From: a virus
Taxonomy: Duplodnaviria; Caudoviricetes
DNA length: 64,000 bases
Virus record (IMG/VR): IMGVR_UViG_3300021255_001778
Location: 19,776-83,775 of that record
Reading direction: 5' to 3' (one strand)
Shown here: in pieces, positions 9,787 to 19,865 of the stretch
Layout: each line of letters begins with the position of its first letter
How positions within the stretch are numbered: position 1 is the stretch's first letter
The notes under the pieces: generated by a model
What the model saw: the letters and a program-made list of their open reading frames with translations, nothing else
What the model was told of the DNA's origin: nothing
The model's database searches: none
Translations under genes and position numbers: made by a program

Positions 9787-10679
9787 CTCGTTATAGATCT
9801 CTTTGTGACTATATTTTTATTTTCTCCACGAGAACATGACTCGTATGGAAACCAGAATGTATCATTTATTGGACAGTATCCAATACGTTCATCCATATCA
9901 TCTGTCCATTCAGTATCATAGTTCTCACAATCTTGACACATAACAATGTCAACTACATATTCATCCGGAATATCATTAATGTCTGTTATAAGCATATCTT
10001 CTCCGAACAAATCATTATTTTCTTTCCAGACTTCAAACAACGGATCATTTAGAATATCGGCTTTTATGTACTTCATCTTAGATCATCCTCTGGCAAGCAT
10101 TTTTCAAGCATGTCATTAAATTTATCTGTAATCCTTCTAATGGTATCTACAGCCTCTTGCAGCGTAAATGAGCCACTCTGTAATTCATCGTGAACTAACT
10201 TCTGCATACACGCTCTAATAGCGCTGTGTAAGCTCATATAGTATCCTAGATACTTTAATACTGGCCTCTCTTCCGTCGTTCCGTCTTTCTTCTGTATCTG
10301 TTGAGTCTTGCCAGTATCATATACGAGGGCATAATTATAATCATCTACGCCCACTTTATATCCATCAATTAAATCAATCATCTTTCTGCTCCGTGTATGT
10401 ATCAAGTAAAAAGTTTCTAATTGCGTGCCACCTGTTTGCGTAGTCCATAGTATTCATATATGGATCTAATTCAGGCCAAAACTGTTGCACGAGCCAGTCT
10501 GTAAAATCATCTACATCCATCTTCTGAATGTGTTCTAAGTTAGTCATTGTTCTACGAATCCCTCCATATAGAGTACTGTTTAACTATTAACGCGCAGATG
10601 GCTTCATCCAAAGCATCATATCTTGGGTCACATTTTATATAGTCGTCCCTTATGCCTTTTAATGTTCTAATGATGCTTC

Positions 10680-11039
10680 CTATACGTTCGAACTCGGAAG
10701 ATTCAGCTTGCCTATTCCCCATAAAACGTCATCTCCTTCTGCTTCATAGACGATATATTTGTTGTGCTTAACAGCGTAGTCACGTTCTTCGTTAGCGCCT
10801 TCGCTATACTCCCATCCTCGCAACATATATATCGCATCACAGTATTTCAGCATGTCTATCGACAAGTCCATGTAACATCCGCGAGGAGTGTCATTAGGTA
10901 GTTCTGCCATGACCTTTGCAGGATTGACTACTATAAATCCATTTTCTTTTAGCACTGTCTCGGCTCTACCAAATTTTTCCAAGTAGTCATCAACACCCGT
11001 TATCTTACCTGATATATATATCTTCATTTCACCGTCCAT
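10680..11039 (-). CDS. DUF4406-like (nucleoside deoxyribosyltransferase-fold) protein
   Basis: KIYISGKITG...F..AE...VVNPA...CDAIYML.GWE.S.GA..E. Confidence 0.8.
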   Translation of the reverse strand: MDGEMKIYISGKITGVDDYLEKFGRAETVLKENGFIVVNPAKVMAELPNDTPRGCYMDLSIDMLKYCDAIYMLRGWEYSEGANEERDYAVKHNKYIVYEAEGDDVLWGIGKLNLPSSNV

Positions 11040-11052
11040 ATCTTTAAATTAG

Positions 11053-11418
11053 TTAGTAGTTGATCACATGTACATTTGCTCCTTGCTTTTGGGCTGTTTG
11101 AATCATGTTCATTGTACCCTTGCTTTTACCGTCCCAAAAAGCGATAACTGTAGCATTTCCGGCAGTAGCGTATTCTAACATTTGTCTATTGCGAATTGGT
11201 CCGGCTGCACGCCCATACTTGTCCCACTCAGCAGGGAATCTTTTTACTGATATTTTTCTTGCGAGCGCGTACTCTTCTCCGTATGTATCAGCACCACGAC
11301 AACCACCGGATATTATTTCTACAGATTGCATTCCACTCAAAACTGAATCAAGTGTTTTTTGGAGCAATGACTTGTCGTTGAAATCTCTTGTACCGCAAAC
11401 AATAATTCTATTTTGCAT
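11053..11418 (-). CDS. SLOG-superfamily (DUF2493/YspA-like) protein
   Basis: IIVCGTRDF...IISGGCRGAD...KYGRAAGPIRN..M...AFWDGKSKGT. Confidence 0.8.
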   Translation of the reverse strand: MQNRIIVCGTRDFNDKSLLQKTLDSVLSGMQSVEIISGGCRGADTYGEEYALARKISVKRFPAEWDKYGRAAGPIRNRQMLEYATAGNATVIAFWDGKSKGTMNMIQTAQKQGANVHVINY

Positions 11419-13344
11419 TTCTGATCCTTTTATAAATCCATAGGGTCACACCTATCACATGGCGGATCTCCTTCGTATATCCATGTACAATGAGAACAAC
11501 AGAATTGCGCATCCCATCCGTCACAATCTCTATTACAGTCGAAGCACGGATCATCATCTCCGTACCAAGAATAATCATCATTCGACTCTTGGTATGTATG
11601 TTCTTTTGTCATGATATTCTTCCACCTTCCTTACTTTACCAAGTAATTGCGTGAGCTTATCCATCGTCTTCTTTGCAATTGGATCATTGATTAATTCAAT
11701 GATCGGTTCAAGCTCTTCGACGGCGTCTTTGTTCTCTCTACGAGTCATCCTACTCGCTTTAAGCTTTGTACAGATCTTGCTGCGTTCTTTGGCTTGCGGT
11801 TCAAATTCGATTGCATGAAGCAAATCTTGTGTTCGTTTATCTTCTATGCCGACAGCTTCATACGCAGAGTTATATTCAGTTTGGCACTCCCTGAGAAAAT
11901 CAAGGAATGCCTTTATATTTTCTGAACGTTTTTCGTACATTTACGTATCACCACCAGTATCAGTACCATACAGGAGGCGTTTCATCTCAGACATATAATC
12001 ATCACAATGCTTTTTTAAATCATCGTATCTGTGAGATGGCTTACTTAGTTCTCCGTCCGGGCATGTTTCTGTTCCTTTGAACAATGCGTATGAATGTGGG
12101 AACTCCTTCTCCCTGATATTGGATGGGTGTCTCATACACTCTTCGTTATCACACTCGGACGCACAAAACGTTATATCATCACTAAAGAGACTGTACATTT
12201 AACCCTCCGTTTCTAATACTACAATGCGAGAATCATCCAATTCTTTTACACCATACTCATACATATCTATCGCATTTCTAATCAACCACGTTTCATATTC
12301 TTCTGACGTGTAGTCTGGATATGCATAATATGCGTAGTCCTTGCAAGAATGCGCTTCGTATTCTTCTCCAAATTCATCAGTCTTCGGTTTTGGCGGTCCG
12401 AAAGTTAATTCATTCTGCATTCTCTGTGCGTACACTTCGAGTGGGATGTAATCATAAAACAGGTCGAATATATCTCCGCCACGTTCATATGCAATAATGT
12501 CATCTATAAGAAAGTATCCCTTTCGAATATAGCTTCCACTCGGAAGACTACCGAGGTAAGCAAACCGAACGTCGCCAATACATACCTTCCCTGAATAATC
12601 ATCATATCGAAACTCTTCTTCGAGCGCGACTGAATACTTTTCTTTCGGGATTAGATAAAATCGTTCATGAAGATCTGACGCAAATGATCTTGATCTTGAA
12701 AGGACATTATGCATCGTTCCGTTCATATCGTACGGTCCGAGCGGATAAAATAATCCATCATCATTTCTTTGATATCCAAGAAAATAATTATAGTAGTAAC
12801 TCATAACTAATACTCTCCATTAATCGTGATACATCTTATACAGTACCGCTGCTACGATAAGCACTATGCCAACGATTCCGACTTCAATCCACATTGGAAT
12901 CAATACTTTTACCCATGACCAGTTAATTACTCCGACCAGTTTCAACACAATAAATGCTACCTGTAAAAGTCCAAGAATACCTATGCCACCATACGTTGCG
13001 CTACCAGTTCCGTTATTCTTCATAATTCATTACCTTCCTTATGTTACTTTTCTTGTTGTTGATTCTTCGATGACGACTTCTGAGTTATATAATCTATATG
13101 TGACTTCTCCTTTTTTAATGATTATTACGCTTGTGTGTGTTTTGAAGTCTGTCGCTGCAGCCTGTACAGAATCAACATCATTAAATACTTCTACAGTTCC
13201 GTCTCGATGATATACAGTCACTTTCTTTGGAGGCGCAGCGTTAACTACGCCCCCAGCACCGAGAATTATTACTGTCGTAACTATCGCTAATATTATTGTA
13301 ATCAGTAGCGACTTCTGTTCTTTTGACATACATTCTCCTATGTA

Positions 13345-13836
13345 TTAAATACCGTAATCAGAAATATGCATCTGTCCAGGAAGTTGGTCTGTGCTGCCGA
13401 AACCGCCATCACCTCGCTTTGTCTCTTCTAACTCTTTTACTTCACAGAACTCAGCCTGTACATATGGAAGTATTACAAGCTGTGCAATGCGCTCTCCTCC
13501 CTGTATATCTTGCGCTTCGTCCGTATCGTTATGTATCGCTACAACGATTTCTCCCGTAAAATCGCTGTCTACAACTCCAACACAGTTCCCTGGACGTAAT
13601 CCTCTCTTGGTAGCGATGCCACTTCGTGCGAATATAGCTCCGAAGCACACATTCGGAATAGACATTGCCAACCCAGTCCCAATCTTTACGGTCTGATGTG
13701 GCGGGATTATCAGTTTCTTGTTGGAAGCAAACGCAGCATACAAATCGTATCCAGCAGCGTATTCAGAACCTCTTGTGGGTACATGTGCATATTCATTAAG
13801 TTTCTTAAAGCTAATCTCCATTGTTTCTCCTGCCAT
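13345..13836 (-). CDS. dut: dUTPase (trimeric)
   Basis: AAGYDL, RSGIA, GVVDSDFTGEI, RIAQLV, RGDGGFGST. Confidence 0.95.
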   Translation of the reverse strand: MAGETMEISFKKLNEYAHVPTRGSEYAAGYDLYAAFASNKKLIIPPHQTVKIGTGLAMSIPNVCFGAIFARSGIATKRGLRPGNCVGVVDSDFTGEIVVAIHNDTDEAQDIQGGERIAQLVILPYVQAEFCEVKELEETKRGDGGFGSTDQLPGQMHISDYGI

Positions 13837-14421
13837 ATAAATGTATTGTTAGATTAAAGAATAGTTGCGTATACTTCTATTGATGATAATATTTCGCCAT
13901 TACCAAATGCGAGACTGATATCATCAATGTACGCTTCTCTCTCTGGTCAACAAATCGAGGTACTCACGACCTTTGTCGGTAAGTTCAAACCTATCATCTT
14001 CGTCTATGTATCCTTCTTCTGCCTTACGGACAGCTTCTTTAATTTCATCCATATCCATCGTACGACTAAGCATTTTTACCGTATTACCGCCATTGTATAC
14101 CTTTGCGTTTATTTCAACTTCAATAGAGTTGTGCGGTATATAAATCATTGCGCGATCTGATTCCACTTCAACCTGATCCGCTACTTGTTTGTTCTCCTTT
14201 GTCTCCATCAGCTCTTATCAACTCCTGTATAATACTTTCATGTTCATTAACCAATTGTTCGTCCTCATACATTTCTTGCAATACTGGACAAAAATAGTAT
14301 CTTGCAACGTACGTGAATGCGCCACACTCCTCTACAACTTGTGTCATTAACTGGTCGTGATATGGTGGATTTTGATGCTCGTTATCATTACAACATGGAC
14401 ATCTGAACGTTTGATTCATTT

Positions 14422-14901
14422 TCATCCAACTCTTTCTGCGTATTGATTGTCTGACGCTAGCATTACACCAATGACATCATCCATATGAGGTGTGCAGTCT
14501 GGCATAAATCGTCCAAACTTAAACACGATGTTTTTCAGGTCTGACAGTAAATCAACCTTCTCTGTGATCTCAGATAAATCATATCCAGTATATATAACAA
14601 CATCATCAAGGCATTTATATCTTGTACGTAATGTACTGATAAAATTTTCGAGATCGTTGAACGAGTCCATCGGTTCGAGTCCCTGACATACTACTGATCC
14701 GGTTATTTTATTGTTAATGTATCTCTCGCATAGATAGTCAATGGGTACGATTATGTCTTTTGCTGAGGCGAGAGACGCGTTTTGACACGCCTCTTCGCCA
14801 CATTTAAAATTGCATTTAGGGAACATCAGCGTCATCGACGGAATTTTGTAGTTCACAAAATCTTCGTCAATGATACCCTTAAGAACTATTGAATTGTTCA
14901 T
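14422..14901 (-). CDS. nrdG: Anaerobic ribonucleotide reductase activase (radical SAM)
   Basis: CNFKCGEEACQN cluster-binding motif, QGLEP, IYTGY; overlaps nrdD. Confidence 0.85.
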   Translation of the reverse strand: MNNSIVLKGIIDEDFVNYKIPSMTLMFPKCNFKCGEEACQNASLASAKDIIVPIDYLCERYINNKITGSVVCQGLEPMDSFNDLENFISTLRTRYKCLDDVVIYTGYDLSEITEKVDLLSDLKNIVFKFGRFMPDCTPHMDDVIGVMLASDNQYAERVG

Positions 14902-16823
14902 TCCATCACTCCGTCATTCGACAGTACATTCATCCACTTGCGCTTATCGAACTCGCGTTTTCTAATCTTCTGATATCCGCTTGTCGGAACGTAGAAGCCT
15001 ACTACGCGAGCATATGTGTCAGCTATAGGTTCTCCGCATTTCGGACACTTCTTTTCGCTGATGAATGCATGTCCATCTTTACATACGCTAATCTTCGTAG
15101 TGAATGCAAAATAGATTACTCCTTGCGACGCTACATAATTTAGCATATTCCACGCCGCCTCTTCATTTGGAAATCTATTCTCTATATCAATATGGGCGAT
15201 ACATCCACCGCCGCACTTTTTATCAAATAGAGACCCGAGTCTGCACTTCTCCTGAATAGTACATTTCTCCATGAGTGGGATCCACTGGTTCGAATAAATA
15301 AAGTACTTATCATTCTCATAAAGAAGATTGTCCGCCTGACAAATCACACCAGCACAATTTTCAGCAGGGATCATTTCAATATTAAAAGTGAAATCGCATT
15401 CGAAGTTATCTTTCACTTCGTTCATAACATCCAGGATTTCAGATGCAAATTCTACAGCCTCATCTGAATAGCTCTTGCATCCGACTTCATCCTCATTGAT
15501 AAGACCGAACATGTCCATAACTTCATACATTCCGATCCCGCCGATTGTACAGAATTGCTTGTCAAGCTCAAGAGCACCATCTTGATAGTTTGGCAACAGA
15601 CCTTTTTCAATATTTCTCTTGATTATATGTCTCATCGAAGTAAGAGCTTTGCAGTCCAGCAAGACTCTCTTTTTCAATATGTCGATATATTTCTTTTTAC
15701 TCAGTCCGCTTTCATATGCGATTCGCACAAGATTAATTGTACTAACCCTACATGACCCTACTGACAATGCAGTGCCCCCAATTGAGTTGATGAACGCATC
15801 GAGCTTAGATGTATCGGAAAGCAGACGACAGCAGTTGCTCAAAATACCAACATTATCGCTCACAAAGAAGTTCGAGTCAGACCACTTAATATTGTGATTA
15901 GAACACCACCTTGCAAAATCTTCGTCAACAAATTTACCATTTTGGTATAACAAACTGTATGTGAGAACTGGATATGTAAACATCTGCGTTTCTCTAGTTT
16001 CGCTTACCACATCCATAAACTCTTTTTGCGCTTCAATTAAATCTTCTATATGATCTATAGCCATCTCTCCGTCTGGAAAAACGATCCCACCGAACAATGA
16101 CTCAAGATACGGTCTGTCGAAAATCGAAATATTTGTAAACGCACTTTGGTCAATTCTCAGGAAGGGCTGATTAAGCCTAAACACTAATTTTTGACACTCC
16201 TGTTTCCAGTAGTACTTTGGATCTTTAATGCAGAATCCATCCTTTACATCCTTTTGCCAGAACCACCATGCCCATATCAGCACGTTAGGCATACCAACTG
16301 CACCTGACTGTCTGTTCGACAAAAAGCTGACAAATTCAATTACATCGTCTATGTATGTAGTGAGATGCTTCGGAGCCTCATTATTATAGTTATTCAGAAA
16401 AAACAGTCCTTCTGTTGCGAGCCTTGAAAAGTCATCTGCCCAACAGTACGGGAAGTAGGATGCTGTTGTACTGTCGTTCAGATAAAATCCTCTACTGAAC
16501 TCCTGCTCAAGCCACTGCTTTGCCGTTCTAAGTCCCCACATCTTTTTAATTTCTGTGAAAATCTTATTCAGACCAAACAGCTTATCTTCGCTTTTCGCCT
16601 TCTCCGTCATAAAGCTCCTGATGTCTCTATTCCTTGCATTTGCATTCGGATCAATTGTGCTGTCCGCCAGAGTGCTTTTATCGATAAAATTATCTATGAA
16701 CTCAGAGAAGTCAAGCTGGCTTGGATGCAATCCGTTTATATATTCAAATTCTTCTCCGTACTTTTCTTTCAGCCCTTCGAGACATCTCTCAAAATCTTTT
16801 GTAAGTTTCAACTGAATATCCAT
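14898..16823 (-). CDS. nrdD: Class III (anaerobic) ribonucleotide reductase
   Basis: SNCCRL, GSCRVSTINL, IPAEN, C-terminal CPKC and RVVGFY glycyl-radical motif. Confidence 0.93.
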   Translation of the reverse strand: MDIQLKLTKDFERCLEGLKEKYGEEFEYINGLHPSQLDFSEFIDNFIDKSTLADSTIDPNANARNRDIRSFMTEKAKSEDKLFGLNKIFTEIKKMWGLRTAKQWLEQEFSRGFYLNDSTTASYFPYCWADDFSRLATEGLFFLNNYNNEAPKHLTTYIDDVIEFVSFLSNRQSGAVGMPNVLIWAWWFWQKDVKDGFCIKDPKYYWKQECQKLVFRLNQPFLRIDQSAFTNISIFDRPYLESLFGGIVFPDGEMAIDHIEDLIEAQKEFMDVVSETRETQMFTYPVLTYSLLYQNGKFVDEDFARWCSNHNIKWSDSNFFVSDNVGILSNCCRLLSDTSKLDAFINSIGGTALSVGSCRVSTINLVRIAYESGLSKKKYIDILKKRVLLDCKALTSMRHIIKRNIEKGLLPNYQDGALELDKQFCTIGGIGMYEVMDMFGLINEDEVGCKSYSDEAVEFASEILDVMNEVKDNFECDFTFNIEMIPAENCAGVICQADNLLYENDKYFIYSNQWIPLMEKCTIQEKCRLGSLFDKKCGGGCIAHIDIENRFPNEEAAWNMLNYVASQGVIYFAFTTKISVCKDGHAFISEKKCPKCGEPIADTYARVVGFYVPTSGYQKIRKREFDKRKWMNVLSNDGVME

Positions 16824-17021
16824 TTATTGTGCTCCTACCCATTTAATAGCTTCTCCGAACTCCATTGCTTCACCATTTACTTCAAGTATTGGCGCAGCCT
16901 GGAACCCTTTAGCAACCATTTCATCCATATCGTCGATAACTGTATACGGTAATCCTTTATCGTTCAGTTTCGACTCGAGGACTCTACACTTTGGACAATG
17001 TGTTGTATATAAAATATTCAA
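16824..17021 (-). CDS. Glutaredoxin/NrdH-like redoxin
   Basis: YTTHCPKC and AAPIL motifs; immediately upstream of nrdD. Confidence 0.85.
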   Translation of the reverse strand: MNILYTTHCPKCRVLESKLNDKGLPYTVIDDMDEMVAKGFQAAPILEVNGEAMEFGEAIKWVGAQ

Positions 17022-17035
17022 GCCTATATCACCGC

Positions 17036-17749
17036 CTATCTTAATTCGTCTGCGTGCTGGCTAATCCAACCTCTATGATTGTTTTTAAGCGTACACACGG
17101 CAGCTCTTTCTTTTCTTCTAAAGTGTTCTATATATTTGCTAAAGCCGCTCTGCCTCGGTTCTTCCAAGTCGCACTGTAACTTATGACCAATTACAATTAC
17201 TTTTGACTTGCTCCCAATTCTTGTGAGAACTTTCTTCAATTGAGGCGTAGTGAAGTTCTGCGCTTCGTCTATGATGATCACTGCATCGTCAAGATTTTGC
17301 CCTCGAAGGAATGTGTCTGTGATGCACGTTACATATGCACTCCCGTTCTTCTGATTATCGATGTCGCTAGTTAATGCGGTGAACGGATTTACGCCACAAG
17401 TTATAAGCGCTTGGTAGCATGGTTCGAAATACACAGATGACTTCTGGTCAAGATCGCCCGGGAGATATCCCTGCTTGCGTTCTCCGTAAGGAGACATTAC
17501 GTACACGATTTCTTTAAATCGACCATACTGCACAAGCAGGTTCGCAACGCCAACAGAGATTGTTGACTTCCCGGTTCCGGCTTTTGCATCCGCGAACACG
17601 ATGTCAATATCGTTACTCCAGATAGCTTCAGCAAATTCGTACTGCTCATCGTCAAGTTGCATCCCGTAAAAATTATTTTTGTCAAGGTGCTCCGGAGGGT
17701 TACTGTTGGACACCGTAGCAGTCGTTCTTCTCTTGCCGCTCAAGGTCAT
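17036..17749 (-). CDS. phoH: PhoH-family ATPase
   Basis: AKAGTGKS, GYLPGDL..K, FLRGQNL...IIDEAQN, Q.DL, HRG. Confidence 0.9.
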   Translation of the reverse strand: MTLSGKRRTTATVSNSNPPEHLDKNNFYGMQLDDEQYEFAEAIWSNDIDIVFADAKAGTGKSTISVGVANLLVQYGRFKEIVYVMSPYGERKQGYLPGDLDQKSSVYFEPCYQALITCGVNPFTALTSDIDNQKNGSAYVTCITDTFLRGQNLDDAVIIIDEAQNFTTPQLKKVLTRIGSKSKVIVIGHKLQCDLEEPRQSGFSKYIEHFRRKERAAVCTLKNNHRGWISQHADELR

Positions 17750-17755
17750 CCCTCC

Positions 17756-18394
17756 TTAAATAACAAAGTCAATATCGCAATCTTCTCCGATGATGTAATC
17801 TGTAAACCCTTTCTCTTTCGCTTCATCAGCAAACATATACCATTCAACACGAAGCTTGCTGTCGTATTCTTTTTCTGTCAGTTTGCTTCTATCGATCACA
17901 TACTGACGTACACGTTCATTTACTTTCTTTTGGAACTCAACCTGATCCTGTACCTTTGTGCTTGAATCCCAGACGAAACTGGAACCATCGTGCATCAGGA
18001 ATTTTGCGTTCTTAGTAGCAAACCTCTTATGTCCTGCAAGTCCAATCAGGAACCCCATGCTATACTGATATCCAAGATTGATTGTGTACACCGGCGTTTT
18101 GCTTGCGAGAATGCAATCAATCACTTCAAAGCCAGCGTCAACACTGCCACCATTTGAGCAGCAATACAGCAAAATCGGCTGACGCTCTTCGACCGGAACA
18201 TCCTTATCTTCTTTGTTGTACTGCAGAATATGCAGCACGATATCATCGATATTTTCCTGATAGATAGTTTCTGTGATGAACAGTTTTCTCTGTTTCAGAT
18301 TTTTAATAGCGAACAACTCACCGAGATCCCAGTAAGCACAATCTCCCTGTGTATCAGTAGTGATGTCGTAAAAACCTTCATTCATTGTTTGCAT
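17756..18394 (-). CDS. clpP: ClpP-like serine protease
   Basis: SNGGSV, YSMG nucleophile, FLMHD, W.FADEAKE.GF.D.I. Confidence 0.85.
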   Translation of the reverse strand: MQTMNEGFYDITTDTQGDCAYWDLGELFAIKNLKQRKLFITETIYQENIDDIVLHILQYNKEDKDVPVEERQPILLYCCSNGGSVDAGFEVIDCILASKTPVYTINLGYQYSMGFLIGLAGHKRFATKNAKFLMHDGSSFVWDSSTKVQDQVEFQKKVNERVRQYVIDRSKLTEKEYDSKLRVEWYMFADEAKEKGFTDYIIGEDCDIDFVI

Positions 18395-18923
18395 AAGCTA
18401 AGTTCTCCTTAATCCATTCAGAAATTTTTTCCTTTAAGTCCTGCAAAGTGCCGTTGTTCTGTATATAACAGTCTGGCTCTACTTCCATAATCTCATTCTC
18501 AGATATATGATGAGCTAACTCGCCACCTAATCCGTTGTCGAAATTCGGTCTTTCGATGTGCATATGCACCACCTGAAACCCACATTCTCTGAGCTTCTCG
18601 ACCTCGTTTCGAAATCGCACATCTGGAATCAAAACATAGTCCCATCTGTCTTCAAAGAACGTCAAGATTGAGATAATGAAGTCAACCCAGAAGTCTGGCG
18701 CTCTACGTCTGATTACATCAGTTCCTACATTTTGTAATAACCTCCTTCCGTCCTCATCTTTCTGGCCGTTCCAATCGAGAAATTCTCGGCATATGTATTT
18801 AAGAAGATCGGCGTAATGAGTGATGAGTATTTTTGTATTTTCATCATCTAGTTGTTCCTTCAGCATTAGTGCGACCGTGTCCTTACCGTGCTGAGCACGT
18901 CCGGATATCGCTATGATTTTCAA
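18378..18923 (-). CDS. Deoxynucleoside monophosphate kinase
   Basis: ISGRAQHGKDT, RRLLQNVGTD, PDVRF.NE, H.SE. Confidence 0.85.
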   Translation of the reverse strand: MKIIAISGRAQHGKDTVALMLKEQLDDENTKILITHYADLLKYICREFLDWNGQKDEDGRRLLQNVGTDVIRRRAPDFWVDFIISILTFFEDRWDYVLIPDVRFRNEVEKLRECGFQVVHMHIERPNFDNGLGGELAHHISENEIMEVEPDCYIQNNGTLQDLKEKISEWIKENLAYANNE

Positions 18924-19570
18924 CTCTCTGCCTCCTTTCCGGTGATTAAGTAACTAGATGGTAATGACTCAATCCACTTGCAAAACTGTCTCCATTCCGG
19001 AAGTCTGTGATCTTTTCGCTGATTATAAATAATCTTTAGCTGTCTATAGTTTGTTGTCATACGTGCTGTTAGTTTGAATCCTGCCGGATTCGTATACAGT
19101 ATCTCAAGATATCTATCTCTGAACTCTTCGATCTGGTCTGGCGATGATGACATATTAGGAAAGTCGTCAGAAAAACTACGTATTTTTTCTTTCATAATCT
19201 CGATCACTCTTGGATCGACATACTCGTTATACGATTTATCAAGATCGAACTTAATCATCTTGTGCATGGTCGAATTCGACGATATGAATTTCAAATTAGA
19301 GTATCTCTCTGCTTCTACCCACGCCTTGTTAGTAAATGTCAGATCCATCTGTACCACTACGCCAGTTAACCATTGGTCATGCCCTTCGCCAGGTCTTGTT
19401 TTGGCGAGAGCTTCGATACCTTTTGTAAGCTCGTCTGTCACACTATCAACGTCAACAGACATAGGAAATTTTGCACCTCGTATACTGTTTCTTAATCCAT
19501 AGACATATGCGTTCGATACACATTCACATCCCGGAACTTCGATAACATCTGTTTTTAAATCTGGCATCAT
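18920..19570 (-). CDS. ThyX-like (flavin-dependent thymidylate synthase-related) protein
   Basis: Position in nucleotide cluster; MTTNYRQL..IY.QR..HRL.EWR..C resembles the ThyX C-terminus; start moved to ATG 19570 after AGGAGG. Confidence 0.55.
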   Translation of the reverse strand: MMPDLKTDVIEVPGCECVSNAYVYGLRNSIRGAKFPMSVDVDSVTDELTKGIEALAKTRPGEGHDQWLTGVVVQMDLTFTNKAWVEAERYSNLKFISSNSTMHKMIKFDLDKSYNEYVDPRVIEIMKEKIRSFSDDFPNMSSSPDQIEEFRDRYLEILYTNPAGFKLTARMTTNYRQLKIIYNQRKDHRLPEWRQFCKWIESLPSSYLITGKEAES

Positions 19571-19865
19571 ACCTCCTATCTGCCATATAAATGTATTGCT
19601 CGGTAAAAAAATATTTATCCCTATTAGCATTGTACCAAATTGCTCTTCTTATGTCAATACATTTTTATGGCTTTTTTCGCATTAATATCTTCTATTATTA
19701 TACCTTCAATTGTTTTGCACCACGTCCTATTTTGGAAGTTTTCGCCAGTAATACATTCATTACATGGGCTTCTGTTGCTTACGCATATAGAGTATTCACA
19801 TTGCGGGCATAAACTTCTGTTTCTTCTGATACGCTTAAGCAGCGTCTTAATTGTTTCTATAATAA

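Noticed and set aside
10558-10580. TCCATATAGAGTACTG as a twelfth operator copy
   Set aside because: Too many mismatches and no clear promoter context.
4253-17705. 14-bp match CCGGAGGGTTACTG at 4253 and 17692
   Set aside because: A few matches of this length are expected by chance in 64 kb; one copy is in a terminator and the other in phoH coding sequence.
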